Shown: piece by piece, positions 30,227 to 39,563 of the stretch | How the letters are laid out: each line of letters opens with the position of its first letter | Position numbering within the stretch: position 1 is the first letter of the stretch | Assembly (NCBI GenBank): GCA_043819555.1 | Contig: JBDREQ010000009.1 | Location: 99,006 to 163,005 of the forward strand | Direction: 5' to 3' | Length of the DNA stretch: 64,000 nt | DNA from: Candidatus Zixiibacteriota bacterium | GTDB lineage: Bacteria > Zixibacteria > MSB-5A5 > GN15 > JAAZOE01 | Notes under the pieces: generated by a model | The model's database searches: none | Told to the model about the DNA's origin: nothing | The model's input: only the letters and a program-made list of their open reading frames with translations | Program-made: the position numbers and the translations under genes

Positions 30227-30739
30227 ATGAAAATTTGCCGTGTTATTGTTTTGGTATTAATGATTACCGCCGCCGTCTGGGCGGATCCTGGACAGGAAAG
30301 ACATAATCCATTTCAGCTGTCGTCATTGGACGGAGAATGGGAAGGAATGGGCGAAGCGGTAATTCCCATGACGAAAATCCCGATTTCACTCGAGGGTGAA
30401 GCGGTTTTCAAATATGATTCTGCCCTGGGATATCTGCGGACTTCCATTATTGCGAAAAAGTTCTTTTTTTCTTATGCCGATTCAGGACATCTATATCATG
30501 ATCCCAGGACCGACTCCATTATCTGGGAAGTTTGGGACGGCTTCGGAAAATATGGAAAATATCACGGCATACTAAATGAACGGATGCTTACGGGAATGCT
30601 TATTAAGGGAAAAAGGCGGTTTGATATCGAAATCGATTTCGTGACAGACGATAGCCTCACTTTTGGTATGTCCAGCCAGAAACAAACTGATGAAATTCAG
30701 CCTCGTGCCAATATCAGTCTCTGGCGCGTAAAAAAATAA
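30227..30739 (+). CDS. Hypothetical secreted protein
   Basis: Signal peptide (MKICRVIVLVLMITAAVWA); LDGEWEG and a beta-rich pattern suggest a lipocalin-like barrel. Confidence 0.65.
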   Translation: MKICRVIVLVLMITAAVWADPGQERHNPFQLSSLDGEWEGMGEAVIPMTKIPISLEGEAVFKYDSALGYLRTSIIAKKFFFSYADSGHLYHDPRTDSIIWEVWDGFGKYGKYHGILNERMLTGMLIKGKRRFDIEIDFVTDDSLTFGMSSQKQTDEIQPRANISLWRVKK

Positions 30740-30800
30740 TTCCTCAGTCTTATTTCCCGAGCTGTTGAATCCTGTGGGTATTTTTTATATATATACTCCC

Positions 30801-31331
30801 ATGGAAGATTATCATAAAAACCGAAGAGAAGAATTGATGAGCATGCCCAAAGAAAAACTCATCGGTATGCTCGAAGATGCCGCCAAAAACTGGCTGGCGC
30901 ATGACGGACTATGGTTTTTGACGGTCGAGTCTGAACATGGCCTTGAAAACGCAATCTCGCATGATACAAACGCGTGGGAGAAATTTACCGTCATCGAAGC
31001 CCGGCGGATTATGAAACGTCAGGGTATCGAGCCAAATTCTGGTCTGGAAGGATTAAAACAGGCTCTAAAATATCGGCTCTATGCACATCTCAATATCCAG
31101 GAAATTGTTGATGAAATGAAAAAAAGTTTTATATTCAGGATGAATGACTGCCGGGTCCAGTCGGCTCGCAAAAGGGACGGACGTCCTGATTTCCCCTGTA
31201 AACCGGTTGGGTTAGTCGAATACGCTTTATTTGCCTCAACGATTGACTCCCGGATTAAAACAGAATGTGTTTGCTGTCCGCCCGATGATCACCCCGAAAA
31301 TTACTATTGTTCCTGGAAATTCTCCATTTAA
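30801..31331 (+). CDS. DUF6125-family (4VR-like) protein
   Basis: KNWLAHDGLWF, MNDCRVQSARKR...FPCK and CCPPDDHP...CSWKF. Confidence 0.75.
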   Translation: MEDYHKNRREELMSMPKEKLIGMLEDAAKNWLAHDGLWFLTVESEHGLENAISHDTNAWEKFTVIEARRIMKRQGIEPNSGLEGLKQALKYRLYAHLNIQEIVDEMKKSFIFRMNDCRVQSARKRDGRPDFPCKPVGLVEYALFASTIDSRIKTECVCCPPDDHPENYYCSWKFSI

Positions 31332-31500
31332 ATAGCAAAACGGCCGGCTTGGGGATCCGGCCGTCTGCTCTTGCAGGGGCAATTAAGGCAAGGAGGTTAC
31401 TATTTGCCGGGTCATTCGGGGGAAAGTAACCGGCAAACCAGAACACTTTGTATCAAGTGGGTAGTTCCCTGATGCGACACAAATTGTGCTCTATTAGGTT
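31330..31500 (-). ncRNA. Candidate structured small RNA with C-rich loops
   Basis: Minus-strand hairpins TTTGCCGG/CCGGCAAA with a TTTCCCCC loop, single-stranded AACCTCCTTGCC, and terminator ACGGCCGG/CCGGCCGT followed by TTTT. Confidence 0.45.
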
Positions 31501-31695
31501 TAACAAAATAATCGGACACTGGTTCCGGAAATATCATGTTTTTTAATTAAAAAGGTAAAATAAGGCCATTATTTTTGAGATTGATTCAGGATTCAAAAAT
31601 TATATATTACGGTACTTTAATGGGCCCCTAACCTGGCTTTGATGACAACTTAGAAATCTATTGCAGTTAATCATAGATTTGGAATTGAGGTTCAT

Positions 31696-32873
31696 TTGGA
31701 TTCGACACGATTGAGGAGTATTCAGGGGGAATTGGCCCGTTTGGGATTAGACGGATGGCTGATATATGATTTTCATGGTCAAAACGATGTCGCCGTTAGC
31801 TTTTTGGGGCTTTCCGGAATAATTACCCACCGCTCATTTTATTTCATACCAGCCAGCGGACAACCAATCGCTTTTATTCACAATGTTGAAAAAAAACCGT
31901 TTGAATTATTACCGGGACGCAAGTTTTTTTACTCATCTTATCGCCTGCTTGAAGAAGAGCTGGCCCGGGAGCTGAAAGGCAAAAAGCGTCTGGCAATGGA
32001 ATATTCCGAAAAAGGCCGTTTGCCATATATCGGAAAAGTTGATGCCGGCACCATTGAACTGATTCGATCGTTTGGAGTGGAAGTTGTCACATCGGGCAAT
32101 CTGGTTGCAAAATTCGATGCCTGTTTGACCCCGGATCAGGTTATCATGCAAAAAGATGCGGCGGAAAGTATCAATCGCATAAAAGACGAAGCATTTACTT
32201 TTATTAAGGATAAATTGAACGGTGGCGAGGTTTTAACCGAGTATGAAGTAGTTCGATATATCATGGATAAATTTGCCCGGGCAGGGATGACGACTGACCA
32301 TCCCCCGATTTGCGCCGTCGGACCCAATGCCGGCAATCCTCATTATGTCCCGACCGCTGATAATTGCGCCAAAATTAAAAATGACAATTTGGTGCTTATT
32401 GACCTTTGGCCAAGCTGCAAAAACCAAGATCGGTCTTCGCCGATATAACCTGGATGGCTTATACCGGCAGCGATCTGCCGGAAGAGTACGTCAGAAATTT
32501 CGCATTGATATGTATGGCTCGTGATGCGGCGGTCGATTTTTTGATCACAAACTGGGGACAGAAAAACATTTTTGGGTACCAGGTTGATGATGTTTGCCGG
32601 GGCGTGATAGCGGCCGACGACCTGGGGGATTATTTCACGCATCGCACCGGACACTCCATCGCCGAATCGGTTCATGGCTCCGGGCCAAATATCGATAACC
32701 TTGAAACTGAAGACCGCCGACTGTTGATGCCGGGGCATCTGTTTTCGATAGAACCTGGATTGTATTTTAAAGATTATGGCGTTCGGACGGAAATTGACGT
32801 ATTAATTGATGAGACCGGCCCGGTTATTACCACCCTGCCGGTACAGGAAGAAATTATCCGTTTGCTCGCGTAA
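31696..32873 (+). pseudogene. Xaa-Pro aminopeptidase (M24B) split by a 1-nt frameshift
   Basis: ORF 31696-32448 (..NPHY..LVLIDLW) continues in ORF 32406-32873 (AK..FADITW, HRTGHSI, FSIEPGLY, GVRTE). TGG-GCC lacks one G near 32409. Could be a sequencing error. Confidence 0.8.
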
Positions 32874-32899
32874 ATCGCTCATTTGTTATTGAAAAGACT

Positions 32900-33454
32900 A
32901 TGTATGTAAATTACCGCCTCATACAGGAAGCCGCCGATAAGTATGGTTATCCGCCGGTTATTCACATGATGGCGCCGGTGGACCATCAGGAATATGAATT
33001 CATCCGCTCGACGCAGCATTATGGCCGGGCCCATGATGTGACTATGTTTCTCTTCAAGGGACCCGAGTTAATCGTCATCGCCAAGCATAACTATCCGCCG
33101 GGGCTTTTTCGTCCGCCGTCGGGCGCCTGCCGCCCGGGCGAGTCGCTGGCTGAAGGCGCCATTCGTGAAGCATACGAAGAAACAGGATGTACAATCGCGC
33201 TTGACCGTTACCTGCTTCAGGTGAACGTTAATTTTACCGACGGGCGGGGAAAGATACCCTGGACATCGCATGTTTTCGCCGGACACTATATGTGTGGTGA
33301 GATTCAGCCGATTGATACTCGTGAGATTCGGGAAGTGGCTCTGGCTCGGCTCGATGATTTTGATCGATACAAAGAGATTATCCGTAATAAAACCGCATCA
33401 GGCGGCCTCAACTACCGCGCCAGATTACATGATGAGGTTTTAAGGCTGTTGTGA
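32900..33454 (+). CDS. NUDIX hydrolase
   Basis: Nudix box GACRPGESLAEGAIREAYEETG. Confidence 0.88.
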   Translation: MYVNYRLIQEAADKYGYPPVIHMMAPVDHQEYEFIRSTQHYGRAHDVTMFLFKGPELIVIAKHNYPPGLFRPPSGACRPGESLAEGAIREAYEETGCTIALDRYLLQVNVNFTDGRGKIPWTSHVFAGHYMCGEIQPIDTREIREVALARLDDFDRYKEIIRNKTASGGLNYRARLHDEVLRLL

Positions 33455-33888
33455 GGGTTGATTATTAATCGCTCTGTTGAATTTGATATAGATTATATAC
33501 AATCTTAGACGGGGTATGAAACGGCATATTACAGCCGATTTCAAAACCCCAAATTCGTAAGAAATTAATTTATAAAAATTGCCCCCGGTGGATTATTTAA
33601 TTATCGTCGCCCATACCATCACTTGTACAAGCCATAGGTCCCCTTTCTAAAAGTGTAGTTGATTCCTATTCATTATCGGAATTTCTCTTAATTTAGTCAA
33701 TATTAAATTGTACGTTTTTTTCACACTTTTTATTCAATTTTACTTGTTAAAGAGCTTGACAAATCGGTTATTGTTTTTTACATAATATACATATCTTATA
33801 TTATATAGCGAGGGAGAGAATTATTCCATCTTTTTCAAGCAGACATCCAATAATTGTAGGCATATATATCACGATTATAACTGCAATC

Positions 33889-34506
33889 TTGGTTAACTTG
33901 GCAAGCAATTACATATCTGGCAGCCATCTTTGGAATTTAGCCTTTCAAAATAAGGCCATTTATTTCAATTTTGGAACCGAGGATGTCGAGAAGTATTTCA
34001 ACAATTTCTCACTATATGTGGGGGTGATTACTAATTGTTCAGATGAGGCAGTAAAGACCTTAGATTTTGGTGTTACGTCAACCAGACCTGTTTTATTATT
34101 TGACATTCATAGGGATTATTTAAGAAGCACAAAAAAAGAATTAAATATAGAAAATGGTTTAAGCGGAGCTGAGTATTTATCGAAAATTAGCTTAACAAAT
34201 TTGAACTTTGCACCGAATGATAGCCTATGGGTAGTTTTTATATCTGATGGCCTGGCGGGGTTTTCTTTAGAAACTGTGTATGCTGATAAACACCCCACTG
34301 GCACAGAGGGTTCTGTTATTTGTGAAACTGACATTTTTAGAGCTAATTCTAATAGGGGGGACGTTTATTTTTATCATTTATTGGCAATTTTATTGGGCTT
34401 GATTGGAGGTTTTTTTATGTATCGAGTCCAACTTGAAAGAATTAGTGATTATAAAGGATTTCTTGATGCTCATATGGCTAACTTAGAGGAACAACGACGT
34501 GCTTAA
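33889..34506 (+). CDS. Hypothetical membrane protein (AT-rich); true start probably upstream
   Basis: The frame stays open upstream through a hydrophobic stretch (HPIIVGIYITIITAILV) to ATT codons after GAGGGAG at about 33820. C-terminal TM helix. Confidence 0.55.
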   Translation: MVNLASNYISGSHLWNLAFQNKAIYFNFGTEDVEKYFNNFSLYVGVITNCSDEAVKTLDFGVTSTRPVLLFDIHRDYLRSTKKELNIENGLSGAEYLSKISLTNLNFAPNDSLWVVFISDGLAGFSLETVYADKHPTGTEGSVICETDIFRANSNRGDVYFYHLLAILLGLIGGFFMYRVQLERISDYKGFLDAHMANLEEQRRA

Positions 34507-35278
34507 TCTTGGTAAACAAATGTCTACTCGCGCAATTATTAAGGAAATCTTATATTCAGCAATATTAATAGCATTTCTGGGTATGCTATTTTCAATATTT
34601 TCGCCAAATTTATGGCAGATCACTACGCTTTCATTGCTATTAGCGATTACATTATTACTATTAAATGGAATTATTCATGATATGGATGTTCTGGAGAAAT
34701 ATCAGACAAGTCTTACGGAAGATGTTATTCACTCTGATTATATTGTCGGTCTAACGGATTGCACTCTAGAATTATTGGATAAATCCGGAGAAAAGGCCCG
34801 TTACAAAAAGGAAAAAACAATTTATGCAAATATAGATAGCTTAAATCATTACGAGGAGAAGGGTTTTTACTTCGATGGCGATTTTGATTTAGATTCGATC
34901 GAATCTAATTGTACGCATACATTGAAAAAAGTGAATGTCGAAAACGATAATCGCTATCGCATTATGCTCAATTGGTCGCCTCCAACTAAGAAAGGTTATC
35001 AAAAAAATATAAGTTTATCCTTCCGTGTAAATGGTGCATTCAAAAATGATATTGAGTTTTTTAAGACTCGATTTATACACCCCATAAAGGAATATCGATT
35101 AAGAATTAAATTCCCAGCTGATCGCCCTGTAAAAGATGCCTGGGTCGATTTTAAATATCAAGATAAAGAAACAAAAATCGAAAAAGGATATGCTCTGGAC
35201 ATTAAAGATAATGAAATAATTTACAAAATTTACTATGCTCGCCCTGGCATGGAAAGTAAATTATCCTGGCATTGGTAA
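34499..35278 (+). CDS. Hypothetical protein, two N-terminal TMs plus beta-rich soluble domain (AT-rich)
   Basis: 259-aa ORF overlapping the previous gene; ends in KLSWHW. Confidence 0.65.
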   Translation: MLNLGKQMSTRAIIKEILYSAILIAFLGMLFSIFSPNLWQITTLSLLLAITLLLLNGIIHDMDVLEKYQTSLTEDVIHSDYIVGLTDCTLELLDKSGEKARYKKEKTIYANIDSLNHYEEKGFYFDGDFDLDSIESNCTHTLKKVNVENDNRYRIMLNWSPPTKKGYQKNISLSFRVNGAFKNDIEFFKTRFIHPIKEYRLRIKFPADRPVKDAWVDFKYQDKETKIEKGYALDIKDNEIIYKIYYARPGMESKLSWHW

Positions 35279-35299
35279 TTATTATCATCTACAACAATT

Positions 35300-36853
35300 T
35301 CATTCTAAATACATTTTACTTATTCTAAGATCGCCTCTAGTGATTTCATCAATACTAGTTCCTGTTACTCGATATAGATTATACACTAATTTAGACGGGG
35401 AAATGAACCATTCGACAACTTCATATCGTTCGGCAAATAAATCATCTTTCAAAAATCCCGAGATCTCGCTCTGGGGTGAAGCGACGACCCAATCGGGATT
35501 ATAATCGAGAATAAATTCAAGATACCTGCCGTCGCGATTGTACGGTACCGCCTGTGGTGAAACCAATCCGTCACGATCGAGTAAATGTTTTTCTGAATAA
35601 TACCCAATATAGCCGATGTCCTCGGCGGCGATAAGATCATTCAGCCCGGCATGAAACTTAAGGTATTCCCCGATTGATTTGTGTATTTCTTCATGCGTCG
35701 TCTGCTGATTTTTGAAACTTTCCAACGGTCTGTAATTGGCGTAGAGAAGTATCACAACCGCCAATGATGCAAATATTATCGCCGAAAGTCTGGAATTGTC
35801 TCTACTCCATTCGAATTTCTCGCATAAATATGGAACTGCCGCCAAAGCAATCAGGATATAAACTGGATAAATCGGAGTAATATACCAGAGGAATAGATGC
35901 GTTTTGCCTGCTGCATAAAATAGAATCATGGCGGCCATCCAGATTAATTCCAACAACCCAAAACGTTTTTGATGATACAGCCAGTGCGCTCCGACTAATG
36001 CCAATATAAACATGGCAATTCCAAAAAGATTATGCCAGCCCATGAGGAAAACAATGCTGTCCCAAAACGACATTGTTCCAAATTGACTGTATAATGCGAG
36101 TTTGGCAGGAATTGAGTGAGGTATGATCGAACCGAAGTAAATTTGAGAAAATACCAGCCACGCTGCGACAGGCAGGAGAGATATTACTGCCATCTTCACC
36201 GTCTTTGAAATGTTTGAAAAAATATTCCGTCCAAATATAATCGCAAACAAAAACAATCCTTCGGGGCGCGTCAGGACAGCCAGTCCCGATAAATACAATG
36301 CTACCTGGGGCATTTTTCTTCTCTGATAATAAAAGGCAGCAATAACGAGCAGGGCAAAAAGCGGCGTTTCCATCCCGCCGGTGTCGGTTGATATTATCCG
36401 GGGAAAGAGAATAAAAATCACAACCGGCAGGATAGAATATTTCTTAAAGGACAACAATTTGGCGAAACGATAAATTATTACCGCCGTCAGCCCGGTACTT
36501 ATCAAAGAAACAAAAAGAGCTCCGAGAATCGGTTTGATACCTGTAAGAGATAGAAGCGATAGAATAAGAGCAAAAAGCGGGGTCGATGTCCCCATGACAT
36601 TTTCACCAACATTGTAAACGAAACCCAATCCGTTGGCAATGTTATCGGCGTATCGGAAAGTAATAAAGGCGTCATCGGCGGTATAGCTTGTATATATATG
36701 CCAGAATATCCGGACGGCGGCAGCCAAAAGAAAAACTAAATATGTCGCGCGCCTATCCTTCGCGTTTTTGTAATTCCCTCGGTTCGACAAGAATTGTTGT
36801 CTCCCGTTCGATTGTAACCAGTCCTGATTTGCCCCGGCGTGGTTTGCGGACAT
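35300..36853 (-). CDS. GT-C fold membrane glycosyltransferase (arabinosyl/mannosyltransferase-like)
   Basis: ADDAFITFRYADNIANGLGFVYN..E...GTSTPL, GMETPL, LTRPEG and DIGYIGYYS..DRDGLV; many TMs. Start uncertain. Confidence 0.78.
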   Translation of the reverse strand: MSANHAGANQDWLQSNGRQQFLSNRGNYKNAKDRRATYLVFLLAAAVRIFWHIYTSYTADDAFITFRYADNIANGLGFVYNVGENVMGTSTPLFALILSLLSLTGIKPILGALFVSLISTGLTAVIIYRFAKLLSFKKYSILPVVIFILFPRIISTDTGGMETPLFALLVIAAFYYQRRKMPQVALYLSGLAVLTRPEGLFLFAIIFGRNIFSNISKTVKMAVISLLPVAAWLVFSQIYFGSIIPHSIPAKLALYSQFGTMSFWDSIVFLMGWHNLFGIAMFILALVGAHWLYHQKRFGLLELIWMAAMILFYAAGKTHLFLWYITPIYPVYILIALAAVPYLCEKFEWSRDNSRLSAIIFASLAVVILLYANYRPLESFKNQQTTHEEIHKSIGEYLKFHAGLNDLIAAEDIGYIGYYSEKHLLDRDGLVSPQAVPYNRDGRYLEFILDYNPDWVVASPQSEISGFLKDDLFAERYEVVEWFISPSKLVYNLYRVTGTSIDEITRGDLRISKMYLE

Positions 36854-38390
36854 ATTTTTTCAAAGTATAGCTAACCGGAACTTTGGCCGAATTGCGAGCT
36901 TTGCTGGCCCAGGCCGCCGCCGCGGCCGCTTCTTCCAGCTCGCCTTTTGACGGTTCGAAATTTTTGTGCGGATATTTCAGGACGATATGCGAACCGGGGC
37001 ATTGCGAGGCGTGAAACCACATTTCATAGGGTCGGGCGAATTCGAAAGTCGTCCGGTCGTTATCGCTTCCGGTTTTACCGACCAAAACCGTCAGACCGGT
37101 TGAAGTTTGATATTCTTTGTATGGTTTTCTGAGGGCAGCGGATTTTTCTTTGGTGTCCGCGTTTGACGGCAGGAGTTCGGGATAATAGTTGCAGGCCTGC
37201 TCAAAATTATTTTCAAACATGTCGAGCGCCTTTTCGAGGGCTTCGACTTCCTCAATTGTGTTATCTTTCCGGCGCGTCATCAGGTCCAAGCCTTCTTTAC
37301 CTTTTCTGAAACGGCGCGAGTAGGCTTTGATGTTTTCCGGTCCGGTCAGTTTGGAATCGAGAGGAATTTCAACGGGTTGATTATTATCATAAAGATCTTC
37401 GACGGTGATGCCGTCAAGTCCGCGGCGAAGTTTATTGATATTGATTTTGAGCAAATCGGCAAATTGCAAATATTTTTCATACTGAGCCGCTTCTTTTATA
37501 TCTGATTCCAGTTTCCCCAATAATCGTTTTGATTTTTTTAATCTGGTCCTGACCGCTTTCAGAGTCAGTTCGCGGAATTGGGATTCTTCGTTTTCGGATT
37601 TGGATTCGTGAACGCATTTTACCTGAGCGGCAGACAGGCTCGGAAATTTGTCCTCAGGTTCGTACTTGCTTATTTTGAACGGATAATATTGAAATTTGTT
37701 TTTGACTCGGTAAGCATGAACGGGAGAATCCGAATTATTGTAAGCCGTTAACATAGTTACAATTCGACTTAAAATAATATCAGGTGAATCGCCTGATTTC
37801 AGCGCCGTCAACGCCATCAAATAATCGAAGCCATATATGTTTTTTTCGAGTAATCGAATCGGGTCAATTCCGGGGTTATCTGTCAAAAGTCTCTCGATTT
37901 TTTCCCGATTCAATGAGTACGGATTTATCTTGGGCGGAAGCGGAGGCGTCTGATAGGGGATTTTCGTATCAATTTTCCTCCGGCGGAGTGTTTCCTTCGG
38001 GATTTTATTCTCATCCAGGAACCATAGATTCCCATTGGGACCGATGATTTCAAAAATCAGATACCATAATTGTTTATTTTTAGTAACTTCAAATTCGACG
38101 ATGCGGTCGTTGGGAATTTGCCTGATTGAATTTATTTTCGATTCCCAGATATCCCGGGCGAAGGGGCGATATTTTTCGGATGTATTGAGCGCTGATTTTC
38201 CGGCGGGCAATATATAAAAACCACTCTGGTCGGGATGATATGACAGGGTAACGCAATACTTCTGGGAGGCCTGGATATAAATTTGAACCGCCCGTTCTTT
38301 GCGGTAAAATTCCACTGAGGATATTATTCCGCCTTCAATAAAACCCGATGATTCGGCCAATATTCTCGTAATATCAAGTGACGACAACAT
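36753..38390 (-). CDS. rqcH: NFACT family / ribosome quality control protein RqcH (FbpA-like)
   Basis: NDRIVEF, FEIIGPNGN, VGKTGSDND, WFHASQCPGSHIV and KYVRKPR. Confidence 0.88.
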   Translation of the reverse strand: MLSSLDITRILAESSGFIEGGIISSVEFYRKERAVQIYIQASQKYCVTLSYHPDQSGFYILPAGKSALNTSEKYRPFARDIWESKINSIRQIPNDRIVEFEVTKNKQLWYLIFEIIGPNGNLWFLDENKIPKETLRRRKIDTKIPYQTPPLPPKINPYSLNREKIERLLTDNPGIDPIRLLEKNIYGFDYLMALTALKSGDSPDIILSRIVTMLTAYNNSDSPVHAYRVKNKFQYYPFKISKYEPEDKFPSLSAAQVKCVHESKSENEESQFRELTLKAVRTRLKKSKRLLGKLESDIKEAAQYEKYLQFADLLKININKLRRGLDGITVEDLYDNNQPVEIPLDSKLTGPENIKAYSRRFRKGKEGLDLMTRRKDNTIEEVEALEKALDMFENNFEQACNYYPELLPSNADTKEKSAALRKPYKEYQTSTGLTVLVGKTGSDNDRTTFEFARPYEMWFHASQCPGSHIVLKYPHKNFEPSKGELEEAAAAAAWASKARNSAKVPVSYTLKKYVRKPRRGKSGLVTIERETTILVEPRELQKREG

Positions 38391-38465
38391 AGCCGAATAT
38401 ATAAAATCTTTTATAACGTTGGAACAAAATAGCGAAAAAGCCGATATTATTATTGAGGTGCTTGA

Positions 38466-39527
38466 TTGACGACGAGAATTATGAAAATATTCCTTCCGTT
38501 TCTTTTAGTCGCGATACTAACCGTTTATCCATTTGTTCCCCGGGTTCAAGCCGATCAACTCAAGGGAGATCGGGCTTTGTTGGTGAAGGTTGTCGCCGAC
38601 CAGAGTTTCGCTCGGCAAAACCTCTGGCAGCAAAAAGCCCGGAAGATCCTGATGGGATCCTCGGACATGATAGCGGAGTTACTCGGGGTGCGCATCGGTA
38701 TCGATGATTTTGAGGTCTGGGAGCACGAGCCGATTGATGATATTACGGTTCTGACAACACGGATGATTAACGAAGTCGAGCGCGGGCGGGCTGATATCCT
38801 GGTCGGATTCTGCCTTGAAACGGATCATGATAAAATCAACGGGCTCAGAAAAGATGGCCTGACCATCGCTTATCGCGGCTTTATGGTTCAAACGGTGCCC
38901 AGGGGACCAAAAAATAATAAGTATTTGCCGATTGTTATCGTTCATGAAATGATTCATGCGTTCGGAGGCGTTCATGTCTATGACAGTACCTTGATGTCGC
39001 CGATTTTTGAAAACGAGATTAAGGTAACTCTTGACCCATTAAATGAGGCAATTGTAAAAATTACGCGAAATATTGATTTCGCGGAAGGGTATTCGTCACT
39101 ATCTCATGATGATTTGGAGAAATTGGGAGATTTATATAAGCAGGCAACACTGACCGGGAATCGGGAAATTCCCACATATCTTGAATTGGGAGCGATTTAC
39201 AGCGAATTGGGAAATTATGAAGAAGCTATCCGGGCATTCCGTCAGGCGGTTCGTCAGGATCAATCATTAGCCTATGGCTGGGAACGGATTGGCGATTGTT
39301 ATCATAAGCTGGGGGATATTGAAAAGGCGATAATCACTTTCGAAGATGCTCTCGGTAAGATCAAGGACAAGGGTATTTTTCACAAAAAGTTGGCAATCCT
39401 GCATTTTAATTCAAGGAATTTTGAAAAATCTTATAACAGCGCGGTCAACGCCGAACGTTATGGGACAGAAATTGACCGAAGAATGTGGGATGAATTCGAG
39501 CGGCTTGGCATGTCGCGAAGGCGGTAA
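38466..39527 (+). CDS. Secreted zincin-like metalloprotease with C-terminal TPRs
   Basis: Signal peptide; VHEMIHAFGGVH...LMSP (HExxHxxGxxH plus Met-turn); TPRs such as LGAIYSELGNYEEAIRAFRQAV. Confidence 0.78.
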   Translation: MTTRIMKIFLPFLLVAILTVYPFVPRVQADQLKGDRALLVKVVADQSFARQNLWQQKARKILMGSSDMIAELLGVRIGIDDFEVWEHEPIDDITVLTTRMINEVERGRADILVGFCLETDHDKINGLRKDGLTIAYRGFMVQTVPRGPKNNKYLPIVIVHEMIHAFGGVHVYDSTLMSPIFENEIKVTLDPLNEAIVKITRNIDFAEGYSSLSHDDLEKLGDLYKQATLTGNREIPTYLELGAIYSELGNYEEAIRAFRQAVRQDQSLAYGWERIGDCYHKLGDIEKAIITFEDALGKIKDKGIFHKKLAILHFNSRNFEKSYNSAVNAERYGTEIDRRMWDEFERLGMSRRR

Positions 39528-39563
39528 GGTTTACTGCTGATTATCAATATTCAATCCAAAAAA

